This document shows positions 47,210 to 61,609 of a DNA stretch of 64,000 nt, piece after piece (position 1 is the stretch's first letter; each line of letters starts with the position of its first letter). Below the pieces are notes generated by a model that ran no database searches, had not been told where the DNA came from, and saw only the letters and a list, made by a program, of their open reading frames with translations. The translations under genes and the position numbers were made by a program. Source of the stretch: Amoebidium appalachense (Eukaryota > Protista > Ichthyosporea); the NCBI GenBank assembly GCA_963693365.1, contig CAVNZM010000010.1:8061794-8125793 (forward strand), in the 5' to 3' direction.

Positions 47210-49042
47210 CTAACACATGACCGACTGTCTGCGTGTGCCTGCATCCTTGTGCCTGTACGTTGCCAGCTCAATCCTCTGCCATGCCGCCTCCGCCCCATCA
47301 TCCGCCTCCCTACCGTACTTGTCCAAAATACTCCGCTCCGACCTGCTATTCGGTTGTGTGGGTGGGGGTAAAGGGCTAGGAGGGGCGTCCATATTTTGAA
47401 CGTATTCTTCGACGTTGTGAAGGGGACCGGGGACGGAATTTGACCTCCCAACCGCATGATGAGTCATGGGGGCTGAGAGGCGGCGGCGGGGGGCAACCAC
47501 AGTTGTGCGCTGCGGTTTGGTGCCACTGTATGCCGGGGGTGCCTCTTTGAGGGGCTGTGTGGTGAGTCTGCCGGGTGGGCTGAAGCGGGGTGATGCAACC
47601 ACGTTACCAGTGTTTGAAGTGTTTGGTGCGGACTGGTGTGGGCGGGGAAGATGTGGAAGACTTGTGCGACGGGTTGTTTGCTGCGTGTTTGTTGGCGCAC
47701 GCTTGGAAGAGTGCTGTGCACCCCTCACCACTTCCGGGTATGCATACACCACGCTCGTGTCAACATCATCTGGTGATGGGACCGCCACAGCATCACTCAT
47801 CACAAACCGGTCCATGTCGCTATCTTTGTCCGTGTACAAGTTGTTACCGAAACTCGGTCTGCTGTAGCCGGAAAAGTTGTCTCCCCCCTTACGCGGCATT
47901 GCGTTTTTGGGTGGAGGCATATCGTCACGTGACCTGTAGACGTTGAACGAGTCTTGGAAGTCGTCGACTGGAAAGTCTCTGCTCAGGCGCTTGTTTCGTC
48001 GTGCCAGCCTCTTGTGTTTGCGGCGCATCATACACACCATCAAACATGTGCACACCACAAACACAGCCAGTACGAGGGACACCACGCCAAATACAATGGC
48101 TGCGGTACGGTTCTGCTGTGCCTCGCCGATAAACTGCGATATCTGGTCCGCACTGATACCTCCCGGTAGGCGGAGAACCATGCCGCTATCGTTCCTTCCA
48201 TCCTGTACTGGTGCCGCTAGCTGGGCGGCCACCGATGGTGTGAGTGTGCGCGTGGTATCTGCAGCAGGTAGTGTGGCTATGGAAGGTGCATCATGCTGTG
48301 TTGTTGCATGTGTGGTGGTTGCATTGGGAACAACACTCATAGCTGCGCTTGGTTGAGTGCTGCTTTGGTGCGTGGTGGTGGCAGTTGTTTTGAAGGTTGA
48401 GGTGGTGGTGGCGTGTTGTACCTTTGTTACTGGCTTGCCGGGCTGTATGTGTGTGTGTGTTGCCACTATCTCACTGGTAAAAGGGGTTGGCTTCGTGCCA
48501 CACTCGGGCATACGGTGAGGTTTTCTCAGCCAAACCCGGTATGCACCCGGGTCACTGTCTTTGCTTCCCAGCACACCAAAGGAATATCGGCCTCCCTTCA
48601 AGCACGAAACCACTTCGAGGACGGCCGGACCGTGTTCGGTTGAAGGCTGTAACGGTGTGCTTTCCACTAGATTGAACTGGTTGGGTAGATCCTCGTGAAA
48701 CATGGCAAGACGGGTCTTTTCCGGCCCAACATAGAATGCCTTGAAGAGACGGCCCTCTTGAAGAAATTCATGTTTCAGTTCAAACTGCCCGTTTTCGAGC
48801 ATAAATCCGCTGAAGGTGTCGTAGTCTTCCTCGTGCTCGCTACTAGGGAGGCCTAGGTGTGACGGGCCTTTTAGGGCTACCGAGTTGCCTTTGCTTGGAG
48901 TTATCTGTGTATCTACTACATCTACACTTTCTGTTTGTGGATCAATGAAATTGATAAAACCTGCCTCTTGTACAGGTGCACAAAGAGTCTTTTCTAGCGT
49001 TAGGCTGAAAATAAGCCCCACAAAATAAAGCACTGGTGCCAT
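47210..49042 (-). CDS. Single-pass type I membrane protein (signal peptide, unknown ectodomain, Thr-rich stalk, TM, long disordered cytoplasmic tail); intronless, ~610 aa
   Basis: First ATG gives MAPVLYFVGLIFSLTLEKTLC. TM AAIVFGVVSLVLAVFVVCTCLMVCMM is followed by the basic stop-transfer RRKHKRLARR. The long ORF contains no microsatellite. Confidence 0.8.
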   Translation of the reverse strand: MAPVLYFVGLIFSLTLEKTLCAPVQEAGFINFIDPQTESVDVVDTQITPSKGNSVALKGPSHLGLPSSEHEEDYDTFSGFMLENGQFELKHEFLQEGRLFKAFYVGPEKTRLAMFHEDLPNQFNLVESTPLQPSTEHGPAVLEVVSCLKGGRYSFGVLGSKDSDPGAYRVWLRKPHRMPECGTKPTPFTSEIVATHTHIQPGKPVTKVQHATTTSTFKTTATTTHQSSTQPSAAMSVVPNATTTHATTQHDAPSIATLPAADTTRTLTPSVAAQLAAPVQDGRNDSGMVLRLPGGISADQISQFIGEAQQNRTAAIVFGVVSLVLAVFVVCTCLMVCMMRRKHKRLARRNKRLSRDFPVDDFQDSFNVYRSRDDMPPPKNAMPRKGGDNFSGYSRPSFGNNLYTDKDSDMDRFVMSDAVAVPSPDDVDTSVVYAYPEVVRGAQHSSKRAPTNTQQTTRRTSLPHLPRPHQSAPNTSNTGNVVASPRFSPPGRLTTQPLKEAPPAYSGTKPQRTTVVAPRRRLSAPMTHHAVGRSNSVPGPLHNVEEYVQNMDAPPSPLPPPTQPNSRSERSILDKYGREADDGAEAAWQRIELATYRHKDAGTRRQSVMC

Positions 49043-49093
49043 CTTCGCTAAAGAGCCTCTTTGGGTTGATGTCTGATGTTGAGACGGACCAGA

Positions 49094-49171
49094 TGATGCA
49101 CTGCCATGAAGGCAAGCTATGCCTACTGCCTCTGATGCACTGCCATGAAGGCAAGCTATGCCTACTGCCTC
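49094..49171. repeat. Perfect 39-bp tandem duplication just upstream of the receptor-like ATG
   Basis: TGATGCACTGCCATGAAGGCAAGCTATGCCTACTGCCTC occurs twice. Confidence 0.95.
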
Positions 49172-50719
49172 ATTATTGAGCCCTAACACCAATAGTTATT
49201 GTTGTTATCGTTTTACTCTAGTCCTTCCTTTCACACTATACTGTATAAGATACTGCAGCTGCGCGCGTGCTTTTGCAAAGCTCACACTGGCTTCTTGGGT
49301 GGCCGGCGCCGTAGAGTCTGATGCATCATGAGTCACCGTGCACGGCGAAACGCGAACTTCAGGGCGGCAAACATATGATAAAAAGAGCAGCCATGTTGAA
49401 CCAACAGCAGAAGAGAATTCAACGTCACAGATTGGATTCGGTTTCAAAGAATGCTTAAGATGATTGGCGAAAAACGCAAGCATAGTTTTCAAGTCGTAAA
49501 ATATCATGGCTTGTTACTAGCGGTACACTATTGGCGAATCAATATTGCTATCGGCACTGCTGAAATATGTAAACAACTTGTCAAGTTGTGTCGGCGGAAC
49601 TTCGGAAGTTGTGCTTCTGAGTATTTCAGGGAGACGTTCAGATATAGGCTATGGGATGGGCAATACACTTAGATTAGAGCCATAATGCAAGCTATTATAT
49701 TCTTATTGTTTGATTAGGTTTGCAGGTTCCTGTTGCCGTGGAATGTGAACCTGAAAAAGGTCTGCCACGGGCTGATCATCTGAGCTGACTGATACGACAG
49801 GGCTTCGTCCTCTCTGATTCGTTGTCAGATCAGGCTATGCTGTAGGTAGGCGACAATATGAAACAATTGGAAAAAGCATTCCACTGTCACAAGCGCCTCA
49901 CAGTGCGCACCAAACCCCACGCGCACGCAAAAAAACACAAAAAACAAAACAAAAAGCTGCTTTGCGTCTACATAGTGGAGGCGATCTAGATTTATTGCTA
50001 TTCATCTCCAGCACTCTATTTTACCTTTTCTTTTTTCTTTTTCTTTTTTGGATCCAGACGCGCCGCTTCTTGGTACGTGGGACGTTGATTGGATGATTTG
50101 GTGGTTGTCTGGAATTTTAGCCGTTCACACGCCGCATGCCGGCCGTTTGATCATCGGTTTGATGGCCCATAAAAATGTCCTCCACCCCCCCCCCCCCCCC
50201 CCCCCCCCCCCTTCCCCCCTAACAAAAACACACACACACATGCAAAAGAAAAAGATGTGTACGTTCACGTTTTCCTAGGCTCAGGCTCTAGCATAAGATT
50301 AGACTTAGTTCACAGTGTACACACGACTGTATTTGGCAATGTACAACATGGCCTTTACTCAGTCCTTTCCAGGCACTGCCTGCCGCAGAGCAAGGGCCCA
50401 CAACTGTCCACTTGCACCACAAGTAAATAATGCATTCGAAAACCCCAGATTCAGCATGAACAATAAAACTCACTGCAGTTCAGCAATCAAAAGAAGTGTC
50501 ACTAAGGGTCTCAACACTATAGCTACCATGTACCGTATACTGTCATGACATGTCCACCTTCCTTTAAACTTTCTCACACAAACTTCAACGGACTTTCAAC
50601 TATTACCGCGGGTGGGGTACCTGCAGGTCATTCAAACTTCATTCGACCATACATGCATAACGAAAAAACCTTCTACCACACAATATGCTGGCACTATATC
50701 GATTCTGGCATTGTTGTAA

Positions 50720-50800
<81 letters not shown>

Positions 50801-50991
50801 TGCAGACACTCACAGACACACTCACACACCTTCCTTTCTCCCGAGAAGGAAGAAACCAAACAGCACACAACGTCACTAGGTATTGTAGGACTTAAACCAC
50901 AGCCCACACCAATTTGAAAAGACAACTCCTTGCCCACATTCATGACAATTAGTCTGAGAACTATTCCAGTATGGCAACAACCACATGTGAT

Positions 50992-51560
50992 TCACCTGTG
51001 GACTGTGGTGGGGTGTGGTTCAGCATGTGGTTGGTAGTGGGGTTTTGGGGGGGGCTGTGGGGTGTGGAACACCCTCCTCCATGTGAGTTCGTTGTACTGC
51101 GCCCTCAGGGCCTGCACCTCTCTCTCATGCCTGTGCTGCCGTCTCTCACGTGCCCGTCTTTCTGCTCTCTCCTCAAGAGTCTCGTCACGATTGCCGCGTG
51201 CATCCCTGACATCCTCCCGCCTGCATAGACCCCAGGTTGTGAGCAAGAGAGAGAAAGGGGGAGAGGAGAGAAGGGGGGGGGGGGGGGGGGGGGAAAGGAG
51301 AAAGGGGGGATCGGGAGAGAGAGAGACAAGAGAGACGAGACAGGGAGGGAGGGAGAGAGGGAGAAAGAGAGAGGCGGGACACGGGGAGGGGGGGGGGGGG
51401 GGGGGGGGGGACGGGGGACGGCAGGGAGAAGGGGAGAGAAGAAGGAATATGGAGGGAGGGGGGGGGGGGGGGGGGGGGAGGGGCAGACGGAAGAAATGAG
51501 ATGAGGGTGATAAGGGGGACGGGAGGGAGAAGGGGAGAGAGGAAGGAATATCGAGGGAGG

Positions 51561-51607
<47 letters not shown>

Positions 51608-52575
51608 AGCGATGAGGGTGGTGGTGGTGTTTCCCACCAGCGCGCGACTGGCCAGGGTTGAGGTGGGGTTGGGGGTGGGGATGTAGAACGCGCCATAGAG
51701 CACGAACCACACGAGAAGTATGCAAATGAGCAGAGCCCACCCTTTGTTGAGGAGCGCGCAGGGGAGAGGGGGAGGGGGGGGGGGGGGGTTTGAATGTGGA
51801 ACACAGTACGAAGTACACATACACGATGAGAAGCATGGTGGAGGACATATGCAAAGGCAAACATTCAAGTATTCAACATCAACAATGCGCACAGCATGCG
51901 TCATAAGCAGAGCCCATCCTCATGGAGGCCCCAAGTCATCAATTGCGTCTGAGTTTCGGCCCCTGAGCCCGCACATATACGACTCTCCAACTCAAACAGC
52001 AGCATCAACTGAACTTGGGAGGGCCAACCCGTCTTGATCAAAGACGAGCAGGGTTGCTTATGCAAGCAAGGTGAGCAAGGGGTGGGGGGGTCCATATACT
52101 GCTGATTGAATGATGGGGTCGAAGAGCCCGCAGGCCTCTCTTGCTGGACCACGGGGGGGCCAGGGCTCTTGCCCCTGGGCACAGGGCGGGGGGTGGGGCC
52201 TGTTGCTGCTGTGCCTGCAGTGGGCCTGAGGGGGTAGGGCGCACACTGACCCGGCGGTCTAGCTGGCCCGTGGGCATACGCCTGAGACCGGCTGGGCCCT
52301 GCTTGCGGGCCTGCATGAGCTTAGACAGGGCCTCGGCATTGACCGTCACCTCCTGGGGGTAATGGGAACAGTCAGTGAGTGAGGGGTGACAGTTAAGGGG
52401 GGGCATGGGGAGAAGGTGCAGATGTGAGCAACAAAGGCATGGCCTATGAGGCATCCGGAGTATCAAACAGAAGACAAGGTCTTTTAGAACAGGTAGAATT
52501 CTACCAGTGCACGTGTACCCCCCCCCCCTCCCCCCCCTCCCCCCCTCCCCCCCCCCCCCCCCCCCCCCTCCCCCC

Positions 52576-52611
<36 letters not shown>

Positions 52612-53532
52612 CCCCGCCAGCCCAGAGGCCCCCGGCCTTCACCTTCCACCCCCACCACCCCACCCACCCACCCTCACACAAATGCACCAGGTGACACACC
52701 ACCCCAACTAACCGCTATCCACTATTAATGAACCCCAACCATTCACAATCAGCCACCCAAACCCAAACCCAAACCCTCACAAGCCCTCTTCCCCCCCCCC
52801 CCCCCCTCCCCTCCCCCCCCCCCCCCCTCCCCCTCCCCCCCCCCCCTCCCCTCCCCCCCCCCCCCCCCCCCCCCCAACACCCCTCCCCAACAATCATAGC
52901 AGCCCCCAACTTTTTTACCACCCACCCACCACCCCCACACCACCCACCTGCTGTGTGCGGGTCATGGGCATGGTCTCGACCTTTGTAGGCCGCCTGATTG
53001 GTTCCTTTGCCTGCTGGCCCTCTGCCTGCCCCCCAGCCCCTCCCTTCTGCTCCTCAACACCCGCCACCACCACCGCACTTGCCGGTGCAGGCACCGGCGC
53101 CGGCACCGGCTCCGTATTAACCACCGGTTCATCCTTCACTCCAGTCTTATCTCCCACCTCCTCCACGGGGCCTGGGGGCACCGCTGCCCCTATGTCTTGC
53201 TCGGCCTTCACCGCCTGAGGTGGCTCTGTCTCTGACTTCGTCTCCACTGCAACCTTAGGCTCCACCTTGGGGGCATTAGGCGACACATGTGGAGGCAAAG
53301 CACTTGGTAGTTCTTTGGCTGACTTGGGCTCGGGAAGGGTCTGGGCCGGTGGGGGATGGGTCGGAGAATGGGCCGAATGCGTGAGGGTCAGACGGGGGGC
53401 ATCGTGGGGCTGGGGACGTGCAGGGTGGGGGGACTTGGGGGGCACACTGCCGGCACGTGACTTTGCCTTCTTGGCGGGTAGGGAGGCCTTGTAGTCACTG
53501 TCACTGTCACTGTCACTGCTGGACTCGCTCTC

Positions 53533-53593
<61 letters not shown>

Positions 53594-53603
53594 AGGAGGA
53601 GGA

Positions 53604-53634
<31 letters not shown>

Positions 53635-53733
53635 TAGTATGAGTTAGTGTACCCTGTGAACACTTCGGACTAACTACACCATGCAGACTTTGCAAAGCCC
53701 TTTCTTTTTTTTTTTTTTTTTCTTTTTCTTTTT

Positions 53734-53764
<31 letters not shown>

Positions 53765-53766
53765 GT

Positions 53767-53803
<37 letters not shown>

Positions 53804-54618
53804 TAATGCTTACACAGACATCCGCTGGCGGAACACGGGTAGGGTATGAGTGCAAACTATGCAGCTAGCCGCTTCCCCCCCCTCCCCCCCCAAAAAAAAC
53901 ACACACACACACACCACCGCCACCGCCACCACCCTCCTCCCCCAGAACCACGTGCAGAGCAAACGGGGCCATACCTTTCGTCCGAGGCCACACTGCCGTG
54001 GCTGTGTGTCTTTGACTGCCGGCCACTCTCCTCCTCCCGGGCCTTGGCCTGTAGCTTCATCTCCACATACCTGCAGCCAACAGTCAGGCACACGCCCCCA
54101 CCATGCACATGCACATGCACATGCACACACCCACACCCACACCCACACACACTCGTGTGTGCGCACAAGTCTAGCAACAGATGCAAACACAACCATCCAC
54201 AAACATCCTCCCCGCATACCCCATCAACACCCCAGTCCCCCCCCACATTGGACCTGCACCAATACAGATATAGCCACCAACCACAGCCTCGCAAAGCCCG
54301 CGCCAACCTCCCCCTCCCCCCTCCCCCCCTTTCCCCGCTCTTTTTTTTTTGGCACGGACCCCACGAGTTGGTGTTGTGTGACCGGGTCGTATTTGTGCAG
54401 CTCCAACGTAAAGTCATCCCCACTGCCCATTGGCACGTCTCGCTGCTTGAGTATCTCGAGCAGGCCCTGCTGCTCCTCGGCTGTACGTGTGTACGTGTAC
54501 GTGTACGTTTACGTGTGTGCGTGTACGTGTACGTGTACGTGTACGTGCGTGTACGTGCGTGTGTGTGTGCGCGTGTGTGTGTGTGTGTGTGTGTACGTGT
54601 GTGTGTGTGCGTGCGCGT

Positions 54619-54678
<60 letters not shown>

Positions 54679-55297
54679 ATGTGTGTACATGTCTGTGTTG
54701 TGTGTGTGTATATGTGTGTGTGTGTGTGCGTGCGTGTGTGTGTCTGCATGTGTGTACATGTATGTGTAAGTGTGTATGCGTGTGTGCATGGATGGGTGCA
54801 TGCCGTAGGGACGGAGGGAGAAAGTGGAGGTCAAAAAACTGACCGGGCAAAATGCAGTAAAGCAGGCTTGCCCACCGAGAATTGACTCAGTATGCAAACA
54901 CACATAGGTGGGCAGGAGAATGGATTGGGTGTGCACAGTGTATTGCAGACACTGCTCAGAATATCACATACTTTCCCACTGCATCACAATTCAGGCACGC
55001 CCAGACATCGAGCACATTGTCCGGCCTGCACGTGCACGTTTGTAAGCCTGTTTGTGCATGTGCTTGAACATGTGAAGGCGTCCGCTTGTGTGTGTGTATA
55101 CTCGCGCAGACCGTTAGCCTATGGTTGCACCAACATAGATGCCTGCGTGCGCATTTGTGTATGTGCCTGCATGCATGCACGCTTCTGCCTTTGTGTGTGT
55201 GCATTCATGCACGCTTGTGCCGTGTCTGTGTAAGGTGTGTGCGCGCGCTGTGAGCATGTGTTCATGTGTGTTCGCGCGTAGGTGTGTGCATGTGTGC

Positions 55298-55342
<45 letters not shown>

Positions 55343-56141
55343 GTGTGTGTGAACCCGCGGATGTGTGTGTGTGTGTGTGCGTGTGCATACGTGTGCATAC
55401 GTGTGCATGCAAGCACCTACCTGTGAGCACCTCTATCTTGTCAGCCAGCTGCTTCTGCTCGTCCTGTGTCAGTGCCTTCACCTGCATCTCCACACCAGAC
55501 TCATCGGCAGACACCCCCTCCTCCTCTGTGCGTCTCTTCTTCTTCTTCTTCTTGCGCTGTGATCCATATTATCGTCAGCAAACATTGATCGCCATGGTGG
55601 ATGCGAAGTAAAGGGGGGTGCATGTGGGTAGAGACAGAGAGATGATTAATATCGGCATCCCGGAGGGGGGGATGGGAAGGGGATGGGGGGAAGGGATTTA
55701 TGTTGGGAACTTACAACGACAGTGCTCATATCAACCTGACAATCAGAACAGGAAGGGGTGTGTGGTGAGGTGAGGTGTGGTGTGATGTGGCTCTCTCATG
55801 CGCGTCTAAGCCAGCAAGCGTGTGTGTGTGGGTGTGCGTGTGTGCATTTATGTATGTGCGTGCGTGCGTGTGTGCATGTGTGTATGTGTGTACATGTGTG
55901 TTTTAAGTGTGCGCATATGTGTGTGCATGCACGTGTTCTTTTAGGCGCTACCTCCTTGTCGTCCCTGTCTCTGTCCTTCCCCTCCTTCTTGTGTTTGTGC
56001 TTGTGCCTGTGTTCGTGGGAGCCACTAGATGCCTTTCTCTTGTACTCCTTCTCTCTCTTCTTCTTCTTGCCCTCCTTGTCGACCTTGCGAACTTCCCGCC
56101 TAAAGGCCACACACCCATCAGTCATCATACTTAACTATATC

Positions 56142-56176
<35 letters not shown>

Positions 56177-56908
56177 TCCTCCTCCTTCTCTTTCTCTCTC
56201 CCCCCCCTCCCCTCTCCTCCTCCTTCTCTTTCTCTCTCTCTCCCCCCCCCCCTCCCCCCCCCCCCCCCCCCCCCCCCCCCCACTACCCAACACCACCAAT
56301 ACTTACAATCCCCCACCCGCCCCCTTTCACCCACCCAATCACCTACACTTCCCGATTGGATCCAATCACCACCAACCCAAACTGGGCTACCCGTCATTCA
56401 CCAATCCATCCAACCAATATCCCCACCATCCTCACCAACCTAAACGGCCCTCACCCTTTCTTTTCACTTCCTAACACATACCCATCCCCTCCTTTCCCCT
56501 CCCCCCTCCCCCCCCTGCCCACCACACACAGCCAACTCCCCCCCCCCCCTCCACCCCCCCCTCCCTTTCGGCCCACCACACACAGCCACACACACGCACT
56601 CGCGGATTGTCGCACTCACACACACAGGCACACACGAGCACGTGCTCACGTCACACATACAGCTGCACACACAGCATGCACCAACCTAAACACAAACACA
56701 TGGGCACTCACTCTTCTTCGTCTCCTGCCGTAGTTGCCGTGCGCAGTTTGATGATCGTGCCAGGATCCTGCCACAGCCCCGAGTCAGCACACCGTGACCA
56801 AGCAACCGTGGTGTGTGGGTGGTGTACTGTGTGTGTGCCGTGCATGTTTATGCATGTGGGCAAGGCTCTGTGTGTGTGTGTGTGTGTGTCCTTGCGCGCC
56901 ACACATAT

Positions 56909-56955
<47 letters not shown>

Positions 56956-57212
56956 GGGGGAGGGGGGGAGGGGGGGGGATGGGCAGGAACCCCAAGAGCA
57001 GGCAGACGAACCACGCTTGAGAACGGGTGCTTGTGGCGGTGTGTGTGTGTGTGTGTGTGTGTGTGGAGGGGGGAGGGGAGGGGGAGGGGGTGGGGGAAGG
57101 GAGGGAGAGGGGGGGAATGCAGGAATACAGCTCAGAGCAAGTAAAACATGGCAGCACATGCAATACAGAATCCTAACACATAAACAGCTGCAGAAATGAG
57201 TTCCTCTCAGAG

Positions 57213-57302
<90 letters not shown>

Positions 57303-58872
57303 CCCCGTCCAGTCAATCATTCCTCTTTCTTTGTTAACAGCGCTTACACAGGCGCCTGAGCACACACATGATTCACATTTTTGGATAGAATGTAGAAGGG
57401 GTTACTTTCATTACCATGTCTCGCACACCAACCCAAATGCACACACACCCACCCCCCCCCAAACCCACCCACACCGTACCTCCCCCTCCCTCCCCATCTC
57501 CCCGCTCCCCCCACACCCACATACCCACCCGCCCACTCACCCACCCATCCCCCACACACCCACCTGCCCCTCGTGGTCGTGCTGGCCGCTGGCCCTCCGT
57601 GCCTCCTTCAGTGCCCTCTTCTCCGCCTTCCTCGCCTCCTTCTCCTTGCGCTTACGCTCCTTCCTCTCCGCCCTCTCCCTCTCCTTCTCCCTTTCTCTCT
57701 CCTTCTCCTTCTCCTTCTCCCTCTCCTCCTCATCCTCCGACTCACTAAATTCTTCCAAGGGCACTTGGGACCACAAATGCCTAAATATGGCCTCGAATGT
57801 CTTGCCGTCCATGTGCACTTGTGTGCCCGGGGGGTTGAAGGTGTAGCAGTTGTTGAACATCAGGTTCATGTCGGCCTCAAACTCCCGTGCCTGTGTGTGT
57901 GTGTGTGTGTGCGTGCGTGTGTGTGCGTGTGTGTGTGTGTGTGTGTGCGTCAGCGTGGATATGCGCACGCACACGTGCATGCATTGTTGTACATGGGTGT
58001 ATAAGCACGTGCCTGTGTTTTTGCCCTTGCACGTGCGTATGTGCCTTCACAACACGCGTGTGCGAATTCATGGGTCAGTAAGGCGACTTAAGTTGTGGTG
58101 CCTGGGCCGGGACATAACATAGCAAGCACAGACCCATCACAGATCAAACTTCTCCGTCCGAACGAAATCCCATTCCAGACATATCTGGTGCTGCACAAAC
58201 ACATCGCCACCCCTTGGCCTTCAAACTCCTACGACCCCCTCTCCCCCCCCACCCCCATCCCATCTCCCCCTCCCCCCAGGCCCTCTTACCTTCTTCCTCC
58301 CCCCCCCCCCCCCCCCCCTCCCCTCTCCCCCCTCCACCCACCCACCCACGAACACCCACTCTCCACCCCACCCACCCACACACCAACCACCTCTATTGAC
58401 ACGCACCGACTTGTACTGGCCGTTTGCCAGCTTAGCCTTCATGGTGGGCAGGTCCATGGGGTGCTTGATGACGTCAAAGTACTCGGGGCAGCTGTATCTC
58501 CTCACATAGTCCTCGTTGATCACTTCCATAAAGGGCCACGAGTAGGCCGTGTGCTTGTCCCGCATCATCTCCTTAATCACTCGGTCACGGCAGTAGCGCA
58601 GCGCCTCGCTTAAGGCCGTGCCGGATTTGAACTTGGACGGCTTTTTGGTCTTGGCTGGTGAGTGCGGTAGCTGCGGCTGCAATTAAGAGGGCAAGGGGGG
58701 AGGGGGAGGGGGGGGGGGGGGGAGTTAGGTTGGGGGTGTGGTGAGCTGCAAGATGTGCCTTGTGCATCTGCTTGCGGCGAAAAAGTTCTTGTGTGTGTAT
58801 GTACGTATGAATGTAAGTGTGTGTGTGCATACGTATGCAATGTGAACCCGCGCCCGCATGTGTGTGTGTGGT

Positions 58873-58911
<39 letters not shown>

Positions 58912-59620
58912 CGCAAGCGTACACGTGTGTTTGTGTGTGCATGCGCACGTGCGCATGGGCAGTAACATGAAGCACAGAACGGCCTCCATGCACGTGTGCA
59001 ACCTATTTGGGAATCAAATACAGCACACAAAAGGGGTCCCACATGTTAGTGCATGTGGACGGTGGCCACCGACATATCTGCCACATAGTGGCCCCATCCA
59101 AACAAAACACAAGCGCATCTACAGCAAAACATGCATTTTTGGGCCATGGAACCGTATGGGGATTTGATTGGTTGCCAAAGTGTGGGGCCTGCTTAGTGTG
59201 CACGAGCGCCTGTGCCTGTGCATGTGTGTGCCTGTGTGTGTGTTTAAGGGAAAGGTGGAAGGGAGGGCCGGGCGGGCAGGCAGGCGGGGGTGGGGATGGG
59301 GGAGACAATGAAAGAGGCAAAACACCTCTGCACGATCACATTAAAGCGCGCGGAGTGGGGGATGAGGAAAAAGGGTGTTACCTCTTTGACCCGGATGGTC
59401 GGCACCACTGTGCCTGCAACCTCGCCCCCATCGGAATCCTTGCCCTTGGACTCCCCTGAAGTATTAAAACGGTTGGTTAGAAACCAACAATGCGTGCAAG
59501 AATGCATGTTAACAGATGTCTGTATTTGCCTGTGTATATGTTTGTGGCTGTATTTGTTTGTTTGAAAATGTGAGTGTTTGTGTGTGTATGTATGCGTGTA
59601 TGTGTGTTTGTGTGTTTGTG

Positions 59621-59671
<51 letters not shown>

Positions 59672-60216
59672 ACGCGCAAGAGTGTGTGTGTGCGCGCGCA
59701 TGCACGCACGTGTGTGTAGATGTTCATGTATGGGCATTCACGCCTGCGTACGAGTATGCCTTGGAGCGTATGATGTAACCAAAATAGAATTGAAACCGCA
59801 GGCTTCCGCCCGATAGGTAGGGAGGGGCGGGCTTTTCATCTACACATCATAGTTTCTACATTCCGATTTTTGACTGGAGTGCTCTCCATATGGTGATTGA
59901 AGCAAATGGGCATTCATTAGCTGCAAACGGATCGTGACAGGAGCGCTTTCAAAGTGGCAACCAAATACTGACACTTATGCCCATGGATAAACCCATATCC
60001 CATGTGTGTGGCACCAAAGAACGACTACATTTATTTGTGTGTGTGTATGTGTGTGTGTGTATGTGTGGACGCCCGTGAGTTTGTCCTTTTCTTTTTCACT
60101 TGCCCTATTGACTCTTCTGGTGTATATACACATCTCTACAGGTGTTGGCCTTTGACCCCCCCCCCCCCCCCTCCCCCTCTTCCCTCCCCTCCACCCACAC
60201 CCCTCCACCCTCCCCC

Positions 60217-60247
<31 letters not shown>

Positions 60248-60596
60248 AAAAAAAAAAAAAAAAACCACCACCCACCCACCCACCCACATACCTTTCTTGC
60301 GCACTTTTTGCTGCTGCTTCTGAAACGGTGCAGACTCCACTTGCTGTGAAGGGGCCTCTCCCTCTTTGGGCATGCTCCTCTGAAGCTCTTGGAAGCGCCG
60401 CTGCAGTCGGTTTGCACAGGCAACAACCACGCTCTCGGGGTGGTTGTACGTGCGGCAGTTGTCAAACACAAGCTGTATGCATGTGTGTGTGTGTGTGTGC
60501 GTGCGCGCCCGTGCGTGCGTGGGTCCAGGTGTGTGTGTGTATGTGTGTATGGTTCCATGCACATGCACAGTGTGTATGCATGCGTACGTGTGTGCG

Positions 60597-60653
<57 letters not shown>

Positions 60654-61148
60654 CGTGCAGAGGCTTTTGCATGCATGCAAATGTATCTCGGGGGGGGGAG
60701 GGCTTAGTCAACCACTTGCATGCCATGTGTCGACTCTCTGCTTGCCTGTAGGAGCGCATTCATCTCACATAATGTCCACTTTCACCAGCTTCATTTACAA
60801 GTTCCCGCCCCCCCCCCCCCTCTTCAAAAAAAAAAAAAAAAAAAAAAAAGAACATATTGCCCACTTTATCCAGCTTCATTTAAAAGCCCCCCCCCCCCCC
60901 CCTCTCTTCACAAACAAACAAACAAAACAACATAACCCACACACCTGGATGTCAGCAAAGCAGTCCATGGCCGTGTCGTACTCCCTCCGTGCCAGCTTGC
61001 CCTTGATGGTGCCAAAGTCCATAGGCCGAGTCACCACCCGCAGATAGTCCGGGCAGCCGTCCTTGATCGGGTCCACGGGCTGGTTGAACAGGTAGCTGTC
61101 ATCCGTGGTCATCAACGCCTGTGTGTGTGTGTACGTGTGTACGTGTGT

Positions 61149-61220
<72 letters not shown>

Positions 61221-61321
61221 TAGTGTACGTGTGTGTGTACGTGTGTGTGTGTGTGTGTGTGAAGGTCTCTGTTTGTGTGTCTGAAGGTGTGTGTTCGTGT
61301 AAGAGAGCGCAAGTGTGTGTA

Positions 61322-61361
<40 letters not shown>

Positions 61362-61573
61362 CGTGTGGTTGTGTAAGGGTGTGCGTGTGCGCGCTGTGTG
61401 TGTGTGTAAGGGTGTGTGTGTGTAAGAGTGTGTGTATGTGTGTGTGTGTGCATGCATGTGTAGGGGTGTGTGCGTCCATGTACGTGTGTGCGCGCGCACG
61501 CGTGCGCGCGCACGTGTGTGTGTGTGTGTGAGTAACGGTCTGTGTGTGTGTGTGTGTATGTGTGTGTGTATGT

Positions 61574-61609
<36 letters not shown>

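Noticed and set aside
49043-49192. N-terminal extension of the 660-aa ORF
   Set aside because: It uses a non-ATG start and consists largely of the 39-bp duplication. The ATG at 49042 gives a proper signal peptide.
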